In this document: positions 15,181 through 23,300 of the stretch, piece after piece
How the letters are laid out: the number at the start of each line of letters is the position of its first letter
Position numbering within the stretch: the stretch's first letter is position 1
Assembly (NCBI GenBank): GCA_964484145.1
Contig: CAZAED010000001.1
Location: 20,790 to 83,161, forward strand
Source: an uncultured Candidatus Saccharibacteria bacterium
GTDB taxonomy: Bacteria > Patescibacteriota > Doudnabacteria > UBA920
Reading direction: 5' to 3'
Length of the DNA: 62,372 nucleotides
Notes under the pieces: model-generated
What the model was told of the DNA's origin: nothing
Database searches by the model: none
The model's input: the letters and a program-made list of their open reading frames with translations, nothing else
Translations under genes and position numbers: made by a program

Positions 15181-16179
15181 TTATTTTATAAGATTCACCA
15201 CCAGCCTCACCATTACATCTTTATCTTTCGGATCACTCTCAGCAATTAAAAGTGCCAACGCCGTTAAAGTATTGTCGTTAATTTTTCGCTCCCCTTTCTT
15301 GTCGTACAAAAAATTGTTCTCAACTAAATAGAGCAAAAAAGTTAAGGAACCAATACGTTTGTTACCGTCGGCAAACGGGTGGTCTTTAATTAAAAAGTAC
15401 AAAAGATGCGCGGCTTTTTCTTCTAAGCTGGCGTATAATTCTTTTCCGCCAAAAGTTTGGTTTATGTTTCCTAAGACAGCTTTAAACTTACTTCCAACTT
15501 CCTCTCCAAACAAACTCCCCGCTTCTTTCTTAGCAGCAAGGCGTTCTTTAAACTTTGTAATAGAAGTTTTTAAACTTTCGTAATTTAAAGCAGGTCCGGC
15601 TTTTCTACTTACGCCTTCCAAAGAAAGTTCACCCTTGTCGTAGGCATTTAAAACAAACCAAGTGTCTGCGTAGTCAGTAATTATTCTAAGCAACTCTTTT
15701 TCATACCCCTCAAGCCTCTTACTCGCCACCGCGCTTTGAATTAGCTTATGAGCACTCTCCAGTTCTTTTAACTTTACCTGTAAATTCTCAAAGTCTTTAA
15801 GCCTCTTTTCGTTTATAGCAAAGCCTTTAAGCAAATAGTCCTTTAGTCTCTGCGTCGCCCAAATACGGAAGTCTGTGGCTCTTTTAGAATTAACTCTATA
15901 GCCTATAGAAATTATCATGTCTAAATTGTAATATTGAACCTGATATACCTTCCCGTCAGGGGCAGTATGTGCAAAAATTGCACATACTGAATTTTCTCTT
16001 AATTCTAAGGAATTTAGTATGTTTTTAATATGTTTACCTATAACAGTACGATCAGCCTGAAACAGACCTGCTATTTGCGCCTGCGTCATCCAAATACTTT
16101 CTGACTGTATTTTTATTTGTAATTCAGGACCTTTTTGGGCTTTATATATAACAATTTCACCTTTTTTTATTTCTTCCAT
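15181..16179 (-). CDS. RhuM-like N-terminal domain fused to a Fic/Doc domain
   Basis: N-terminus: IWMTQAQIAGLF...NLDMIISIGYRVNSKRATDFRIWATQ (RhuM family pattern). C-terminus: Fic/Doc motif HPFADGNKRIG. Confidence 0.75.
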   Translation of the reverse strand: MEEIKKGEIVIYKAQKGPELQIKIQSESIWMTQAQIAGLFQADRTVIGKHIKNILNSLELRENSVCAIFAHTAPDGKVYQVQYYNLDMIISIGYRVNSKRATDFRIWATQRLKDYLLKGFAINEKRLKDFENLQVKLKELESAHKLIQSAVASKRLEGYEKELLRIITDYADTWFVLNAYDKGELSLEGVSRKAGPALNYESLKTSITKFKERLAAKKEAGSLFGEEVGSKFKAVLGNINQTFGGKELYASLEEKAAHLLYFLIKDHPFADGNKRIGSLTFLLYLVENNFLYDKKGERKINDNTLTALALLIAESDPKDKDVMVRLVVNLIK

Positions 16180-16407
16180 AAATTTCCTTTACTTAAGCCA
16201 ATTCCGGTATTACTGGAATTGGCTTACTTATAAGTATTTTAAGTACGTTCCAAAATAGAACGAACTACCCGGAATTTCCGGATAGTTGAACTATTAAGCA
16301 ATTTATTAATAGTTCAATAATTTAAAAATGCACATTTTCCTTGTGCATTTATAGTATACAATCGTTTACCTAGTGTCAATTCAATTTATCCACAACTGCG
16401 CAAAATT

Positions 16408-16743
16408 TTAAATTTGGGCAAGGTGAGCCAACAATTTTTGCCTAAGTTCGTCTAAGGTCGAAATATGATTAAGCTCGCTTGCGTCCATAAGTCTTTGAAG
16501 GCCGTGCTTGTGTTTCAAAAATACCGCGGGCAATTGCGTGTGAGCTGTTTCAGGAAACTTAAGCAAAAACTCGTCCCTATGAAAAAAGTCTATTTGGTAT
16601 GGCAAGGCCTCTACTAACATTTTATGTTGTTCGTCTAAGTCCCCCACGCTCGGGTGTTCAACATAATGGTGGAGTGCCTTGGCAGCTAAGTCAAAAGCCG
16701 TTGCTGTACCGTTATAAACAAAAACTAAAATAGGATTTTCCAT
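16408..16743 (-). CDS. Hypothetical protein
   Basis: I start the ORF at the ATG at 16743 (MENPILVFVYNG...). The upstream 17 codons of the track ORF are an 11-mer word array. Confidence 0.45.
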   Translation of the reverse strand: MENPILVFVYNGTATAFDLAAKALHHYVEHPSVGDLDEQHKMLVEALPYQIDFFHRDEFLLKFPETAHTQLPAVFLKHKHGLQRLMDASELNHISTLDELRQKLLAHLAQI

Positions 16744-16747
16744 AAAA

Positions 16748-16792
16748 ACGCTGATTGGTCGCTGATAGGTACGCTGATAAATCGCTGACAGC
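16748..16792. repeat. Degenerate ~11-mer array (cgctgat x4) 4 nt upstream of the ATG at 16743
   Basis: acgctgattgg tcgctgatagg tacgctgataaa tcgctgacagc. Confidence 0.8.
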
Positions 16793-16808
16793 ATTCTATA
16801 AACGACTG

Positions 16809-17486
16809 TTAAATTTCAAAGTTCTTTAATTCTAGCATAACTGACTGGACTGTTTCCTCTGTAATATCCCCAGGAGTAATTTTACATTTTTTAAAAATTT
16901 GTTTTTCTATTTCCCTTAAACTTCTTTCAAAAGTATACCGCTTATCAGGCCCGCCCCATTCATTATTACGATGAGCATAACGCACTCGTAAATCTGCAAA
17001 CCGTTCTTCCATGCTTCTAACCCCCTTTGGCATAACCCGCATATCCGCATACGCGCAAATTTGTTTTCCCAAATCACCGGACTTTAAATTCCCCTCTGCT
17101 TGTTCAAACCCAACGCAGTCAACTAACTCAAGCACTCTATTACTAACTCCTAACTCTTTTGCAATAGCAACAGAAGCTACATGCTCGTCTTCTCCATACT
17201 TTTCTACAAACTCGTCCTTCACCTTTTGCCAATAATCTAAATCTAAATCTACATTTCCGGCAAAGCCGGATCCCGCTCCGCGGGACAATAAATTTTTACT
17301 CTTACTCAAATCAAACTTTATAATATTTCCAATATCATGCAATAAACACGCAGCAACAACTTCTTCTTTATCAGTAATCGGTAATAAATTATCAATTATA
17401 ACACTCGCCACCCCCGCCACCCTAAACTGATGCTCCCGAAGCTGTGGCATTACTTTATATTTTTCATAAACTTCTAAAATTGTCAT
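16809..17486 (-). CDS. HD-domain phosphohydrolase
   Basis: H...HD signature (REHQFRVAGV...ACLLHDIGN). Confidence 0.7.
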   Translation of the reverse strand: MTILEVYEKYKVMPQLREHQFRVAGVASVIIDNLLPITDKEEVVAACLLHDIGNIIKFDLSKSKNLLSRGAGSGFAGNVDLDLDYWQKVKDEFVEKYGEDEHVASVAIAKELGVSNRVLELVDCVGFEQAEGNLKSGDLGKQICAYADMRVMPKGVRSMEERFADLRVRYAHRNNEWGGPDKRYTFERSLREIEKQIFKKCKITPGDITEETVQSVMLELKNFEI

Positions 17487-17500
17487 TTGGTATTTTACTA

Positions 17501-17535
17501 AATCTTACATCTTATATCCTAAATCTTAAATTCCC
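17501..17535. repeat. Heptamer array (aatctta family) spanning the polA stop and the HD-gene leader
   Basis: aatctta catctta tatccta aatctta aattccc. It supplies the last polA codons (EFKI-stop). Confidence 0.85.
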
Positions 17536-20299
17536 CCATCTCTCCCCAATTATCCCCCACCTTACCCTCAACTTTAATTGGCACACTAAGAGAAATAGCC
17601 TGTTCCATAAGAGGAATTAACTTCTTTGCCCACTCCTCCACCTTGTCCTCCCTAACCTCAAAAACCAATTCGTCGTGCACCTGAAGAAGCATACGAATTT
17701 CAGGGTTCTCTCTTTCTCTAATTCTCTCTTTCTCTAATTCTCTATTTATATTAATCATCGCCACCTTAATTACATCCGCGGCAAGCGACTGAATAGGAAA
17801 ATTCACAGCCGCGCGTTCCGCCGCAGCTCGAATAAAAAACTGCCCTGACTTTATTTCCGGAAACTTTCGCATTCGGCCAAGCTCGTTACGCACAAACCCT
17901 TCCTGATTTACCTGTAACTTTACCTGCTCAATATACTGCTCAACCTGCGGGTAAGCCTCAAAATATTTTCTTATATATTGTTTGGCATCGCCCATTGTCA
18001 TCTCACCTACGCGGGAAGATAGTCCGAACGAAGATACTCCATACAAAATTCCAAAGTTAATGGTCTTAGCATCCCTGCGCATATCTTTTGTAAGAGCTTC
18101 CTGACTAACGCCAAAAATTTCCATAGCGGTTTTGCTGTGAATGTCTTCACCATTTTTAAATACTTCCATCATTTTTTTGTCCTGCGCCAAATGCGCCACA
18201 ATACGAAGTTCTATTTGAGAATAGTCGAGCGACAAAAGCTTATAGCCTTTTTCCGCCACAAAGGCTTTACGTACCTGACTACCAAGGCCTTCTCCACGCA
18301 CGGGTATGTTTTGTAAGTTTGGGTCTATACTAGAAAGCCTACCCGTAGCCGCAATGGTTTGGCTATAACTAGTATGCAGTCTGCCAGTTTTTTTATTTAC
18401 CATTTCTGGTAAGGTTGTTAGGTAAGTGCTATAAAGTTTTGTAACTTCCCTATACTCTAAAATTTTGGGAATTATATCGTGCTGACCTAACATTTTTTCT
18501 AAATTATCGGCCGATGTAGACACGCCTGTTTTAGTGCGCTTGTTGTTAGTAGCTTCCAATTTAAGTTCGTCAAACAAAACTTCTTTCAGCTGCTTAGGTG
18601 AAGCTATATTAAATTCCCTGCCAGCTAATTTGTGAATTTTCTTTTCTAAATCTTTTATGTCTATTTCCGCCTCCCCGGCAAGACGGTTTAAAAGCCTAAC
18701 GTCTAACTTAATGCCGTTTAATTCCACATCTGCCAAAACTTCTACTAAGGGCATTTCTATTTCTTCAAAAACTTTTACTAGTCCGTTCTTTTTAAGTTCA
18801 GGCTCATAAAGTTCTTTAAGCCTTAGCGTCATATCTACATCTTCGCAGCAATACCAAGAAACTTTTTCCGGCGCTACCTTGTCCATGTTAATTTGCTCTT
18901 TGCCTTTGCCTATTAAGTCTGTAATAGGCTGCATTTGGTAGCCAAGTTCGTTAAAAGCAAGCGCGTCTAGTCCATGTTGGCGAGTGCCGGCGTTTAGTAG
19001 GTACGATGCGATCATGGTGTCAAAATTGATACTAGATATTGGATATTGGATATTATGCAAAACCTGAGCGTCGTACTTTATGTTGTGGCCTATTAACTTA
19101 ACTTTACCCGATGTAAGCAGAGTTTTTAGTTCAGACGATGATGTAAAAAGCTTTGTGGGAATATAAAAAGCCTTACCTAGTTTAGCACATAGCCCCACCC
19201 CCACTAATTCCGCGGTAATTGGGTCAAGACCCGTAGTCTCTGTGTCTACGCTTATTTCTGAAGCAGATGATAATTCTTTAATTGCCTCTTCTAATTTCTT
19301 TTCGTCATCGACAAATATATACTCTTGCTTCCCAATAGATTTTATTTCTTGATTCTGATCTGTAATGTCCCCACTTGTCACTTGCAACTTGTCACTTGTA
19401 ACTCCTTTTGGCAATTTTGCCAAAAGGTTCCTAAACTCCAAACTCTGAAACAACTTCACAGTTTGCGACAAGTGTTCTTGGTCTAATTCATACGCTTTAA
19501 TTTCCGGGTCTATGCCTGGGACATTGCAAACTATAGTAGAAAGTTCATACGACATCCGAGCTTCTTTTTCTTGTTCTTTTAAAAGTTCCAAAATACGCGG
19601 ACGAATTTTGGTTCCGGTTTTTCCTGCGTCAATTGCTTTATAAAGTTCATCGAGCGATTTAAAATCTTTTATAAGTTCACTTGCGGTTTTCTCCCCTATA
19701 CCTTTTACGCCCGGAATGTTGTCAGAAGGGTCACCCCTAAGTGCTTTATAGTCCACCATTTGGTCAGGATTTAGTCCAAACCTAGCTCTTACCGCTTTAC
19801 TGTCGTAAATGACCGTGTCTGCCAGTCCTTTGCGCGGAGTGTAAATTTTTACTTTGCCGTTTACTAGCTGCAGGGTGTCCATATCTCCGGTTAAAATAAA
19901 TATCTCAGAATTCTCGTGGCTTTTTTCATGAAAATGTTTAGACAAAGTGCCTAAAACGTCGTCCGCCTCATAGCCTTCCTTTTCGTAAATTGGCACGTTC
20001 ATTGCGCGAAGTACATTTTTAATAACCGGTATTTGGTCGTACAAAGCTTGGTCAGCCTTAACCCTTGTGCCTTTGTACTCTTTATACATATTGTGCCTAA
20101 AAGTCGGCCCGGCTAAGTCAAAAGTCGCAGCTATGTGCGTAGCCTTAATTTCCTTCATAGCCTTTAAAAATATAGTTAAAAACCCAAAAACCGCACCCGT
20201 AGGCCTGCCGTCTTTGGTAGTTAAAGTAGGCAAAGCGTGATAAGCCCTATGTACCAAAGCATTGCCGTCTATAAGTAAATATTTTTCTTTGTTAATCAT
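17519..20299 (-). CDS. polA: DNA polymerase I
   Basis: 5'-nuclease LLIDGNALVHRAYHA, 3'-5' exo region (VDTETTGL) and polymerase motifs DYSQIELR, RRDAKTINFGILYG, QVHDELVFE. The start is the ATG at 20299. Confidence 0.95.
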   Translation of the reverse strand: MINKEKYLLIDGNALVHRAYHALPTLTTKDGRPTGAVFGFLTIFLKAMKEIKATHIAATFDLAGPTFRHNMYKEYKGTRVKADQALYDQIPVIKNVLRAMNVPIYEKEGYEADDVLGTLSKHFHEKSHENSEIFILTGDMDTLQLVNGKVKIYTPRKGLADTVIYDSKAVRARFGLNPDQMVDYKALRGDPSDNIPGVKGIGEKTASELIKDFKSLDELYKAIDAGKTGTKIRPRILELLKEQEKEARMSYELSTIVCNVPGIDPEIKAYELDQEHLSQTVKLFQSLEFRNLLAKLPKGVTSDKLQVTSGDITDQNQEIKSIGKQEYIFVDDEKKLEEAIKELSSASEISVDTETTGLDPITAELVGVGLCAKLGKAFYIPTKLFTSSSELKTLLTSGKVKLIGHNIKYDAQVLHNIQYPISSINFDTMIASYLLNAGTRQHGLDALAFNELGYQMQPITDLIGKGKEQINMDKVAPEKVSWYCCEDVDMTLRLKELYEPELKKNGLVKVFEEIEMPLVEVLADVELNGIKLDVRLLNRLAGEAEIDIKDLEKKIHKLAGREFNIASPKQLKEVLFDELKLEATNNKRTKTGVSTSADNLEKMLGQHDIIPKILEYREVTKLYSTYLTTLPEMVNKKTGRLHTSYSQTIAATGRLSSIDPNLQNIPVRGEGLGSQVRKAFVAEKGYKLLSLDYSQIELRIVAHLAQDKKMMEVFKNGEDIHSKTAMEIFGVSQEALTKDMRRDAKTINFGILYGVSSFGLSSRVGEMTMGDAKQYIRKYFEAYPQVEQYIEQVKLQVNQEGFVRNELGRMRKFPEIKSGQFFIRAAAERAAVNFPIQSLAADVIKVAMININRELEKERIRERENPEIRMLLQVHDELVFEVREDKVEEWAKKLIPLMEQAISLSVPIKVEGKVGDNWGEMGEFKI
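17706..17753. repeat. 16-nt tandem repeat x3 inside polA
   Basis: ttctctctttctctaa x2, then ttctctatttatatta. The 48 nt are in frame and encode INRELEKERIRERE just before motif C. Confidence 0.9.
19027..19054. repeat. Heptamer array (ggatatt; reverse complement of ccaatat) inside polA
   Basis: tgatact agatatt ggatatt ggatatt, translated as HNIQYPISS. Confidence 0.9.
19372..19406. repeat. Heptamer array (cacttgt x5) inside polA
   Basis: cacttgt cacttgc aacttgt cacttgt aactcct, translated as GVTSDKLQVTSG in the inter-domain linker. Confidence 0.9.
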
Positions 20300-20305
20300 G
20301 ATGGC

Positions 20306-20334
20306 ATTATACAATGTTCGGTATTTGGTGTCAT
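20306..20334 (-). promoter_or_regulatory. polA promoter placed for a leaderless mRNA
   Basis: Minus strand: ATGACA (20329-20334), 17-nt spacer, TATAAT (20306-20311), then 6 nt and the ATG at 20299. Confidence 0.55.
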
Positions 20335-20354
20335 TATGCAGCCACCCAACAAAC

Positions 20355-20386
20355 AAAAAACAGCCCCATAATGAGGCTGTTTTTTG
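20355..20386 (-). terminator. Terminator after the giant surface-protein gene
   Basis: cagcc (20361-20365) / ggctg (20375-20379), flanked by A-runs and T-runs. Confidence 0.6.
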
Positions 20387-20398
20387 TTATTAATTTAA

Positions 20399-23300
20399 TT
20401 AATACCCTATAGCCGAGTAAATTCTTTCAACCAATAAATTAAATTGACTTTCGGTTAAATTATCATCCGGACAAAAATCCCTGGTACCATCAGTGTTTAT
20501 TCGGCAACCTATGGTAACTTCCCTTTGATAAAAATACTGCGTCTGCGCGAATGCTGGGTTTGTAGAAGGCACATCTCTAAATGCCTGCTGGGTAGGAATA
20601 CCGGTTAGGTCAACTCTGTTACCTAAAGCTCTGGACAAAAATAGCATTGCTTGCCAGCGCTTTACCGGTTCAGTTGGGCAGTAATTTCTTATACCGCTAG
20701 CGGCATCATAATAACAACCGTTAGTTATCCCGCGACTATAAATTTGTTCAATAAAGCTGTAATATTGATTACTTTGCGATACATCGTTAAAAGAAGGACT
20801 CAATCCAATGGATACATTTAGGGGAAACTTTTCCACGAGCTTCTTTGCCATTACATCTCGTGTAATTACCGGGTCAGGACAACTAGTTACGTTAGCGGTA
20901 ATTTGAGAAATTATATCGTTGTAGCAAGAAAGTTTAGTTGGCACTATACCTACCTGAGGCAATGCAATTTCCGCGCTATTTGCAACTACCACATTTGCAA
21001 AATTTAAACCCCAGGAATTAAAAATAGCTAAATCTGGGAAACCATACCTTCCATTTTGCCCAACCAAATAAACAGTGCTATTAATATTTACCAACTGACC
21101 AACTCTTGGGTAAACTGCCACAGGAGTTGGGGTGGGCGTTACTGTAGGAATAGGGGTAGGGGTAGGGGTAGGATTTAAGCCCACATAATAAGAACCAATT
21201 GAATTTAGCGAGCTACAACTGTTATCTGCTGCTTGGTTATTGGTCATTTTGCAGGACACGTTGTAATATCCGGTTTGCAAAGGGGCAATACAGTTAAACA
21301 AAGCCGAAGTTCCGCTCCATCCACCCCAACTGCAATTAGTCGCGCCATTGCCATCTAACGTAATATAGCCGCTAACTATGCCATAATCGCATCTAGCAGT
21401 AAAGTTTTGACCGGGAGTTAATGAAGAAATTTTAGATGCCCCTGAATAAATACCGCTATTTGCAGTATTAAAACTTCTTTGAACACAAGCTAATGTAGTA
21501 GGGGTTGGAGTAGGAACAATAGTGACTGTAGGAACAGGAGTTGGAGTTGGAATGATTGTGGGAACGGGTGTAGGCGTAGGAGTTAACACTGCCGGATTAA
21601 CTGTTAAATAAATATTTTTTGTTGCAATACTTCCGCTTGCATCTGTTACTTTTATTGTCCAAGAATAAGAACCTAAATAGCTACTAGTAACTGTTGTTCC
21701 AGATTGTGTGTTAAAGCTTATTGAGCTGCTATAAATTGGCCCCAAATTACCATTTAACCCTAAAATACAACAAGCGGATGGGTAAGTTGTTGAAACTAAT
21801 TGCCACGTATAAGGAGCAACACCTCCGCTTAACTGAATAACAGAGGAATAACTTTGTCCAGCAATCGCGTTTGGTAAAGTGCTGGTAACTATAGATAAAG
21901 CTTGCGCAGAAGGGCTTGGGGTTGGCGTAATGGTTGGTGCGGGGACAACATCACAACTGGTAACTCCAGAAGCAATTTGAGCCGACACGCTGCTAAAACA
22001 TGGTAATTTGACTGGCACAATACCAATTTCAGGCAAAGCTATCTCTGCACTATTAGCGCTTAAAATATTTGCAAAATTAAAATTCCAAGAATAAAAAGTG
22101 GCCGTGTTCGAAAAACCGTATAAACCATTTTGAGCAACTAAATACACAGTTCCGTACCTACTCACTAATTGGCCAACACGCGGGGAGACAGACACTTGCT
22201 CTTCAACATTTAAATTTCCCAGTGAATTTGAGATGTTGCAACTATTATCCGAAGCAGGGTTGTTATTCATGCGACAGGCCATAGAAAGTTGAAGGCCGTT
22301 GCTCGGAGTTGTGCATTTAAAAACCGCAGATAAATTATCCCAACCAACATAAACACAGGAGCTAGCCGTACCTCCCTCCAGTGTAATATGAGAAGAAATA
22401 GTGCCATAATTGCATTTTACAAAATACTGCTGATTTGGCTGAATGGATGATAGCTTAGTTCCTCCTACAACAGATGAATAATATCCACTGGCGCTTTGGT
22501 TAAAAGTCCGATTAACACAAGCTAACGGCAAATTAATATAAGGCGTTGGAGTTGGTAAAACTGTTTGAACAAAGCCCGGAACCAGTATTGAACTTACTGC
22601 CGTAGCCGACTTTCTTAAAGTTGTACCGTCATTTTTATGTATACCTAAGCCGTACTGATCTAAACATTCAGAATTGTCAGGCAAAGATTTCCATTGCCAC
22701 AAATTAAACCCAAGGCCATTTGATATTGCGGCATTAACTAATGCCTTAACATTTTGCGCCTGGATATCTTCGCTATAAGGAACGCAAAAGCCAGCTCCCA
22801 TTTCGCCTATTATTAAAGGTGTGTATGGGTACAAGACCTTAAACCGACTGGCCTTTAATTTAACCTCTTCGACAATTTGCGTGTCGGTTTTGCCGGTTAG
22901 ACCATAAGCAACCATGCTCATAAAATCATACGGATTGGGGTTTGAAAGCGGAGACTGACCACCACTATAATTTTCATTAATCAAAGCATAATCATGGTAA
23001 CCAATTCTAAACTTTGAACGTAAGGCTGGAGGGACTCTAAGTGGCCAACTTCCCAATCGGCTTTGAAAGGCCGAAAGAAGACCGGGGCGCAACTCAGGCT
23101 TGTAAGGATCTCCCAAACAAGAGCCTTCTGATCCTTCGGTAAAAACGACAATATAAACATTATTTGAATAATTTTGTATTCGTGACAAAAACTCTTTTGA
23201 ATAATCTTCAAAAGCTTTATACATGGTTTCGTCCAGCATCCAGCGGCAAGCGTCTATGCCTTCAGGGCTCCAACCTTGTCCCAAATAATTTAAGCCAATA

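Noticed and set aside
16386-16394. Perfect DnaA box TTATCCACA as evidence for an origin.
   Set aside because: It is a single isolated box far from dnaA, with no cluster or adjacent AT-rich unwinding element. The clusters flanking dnaA are more plausible.
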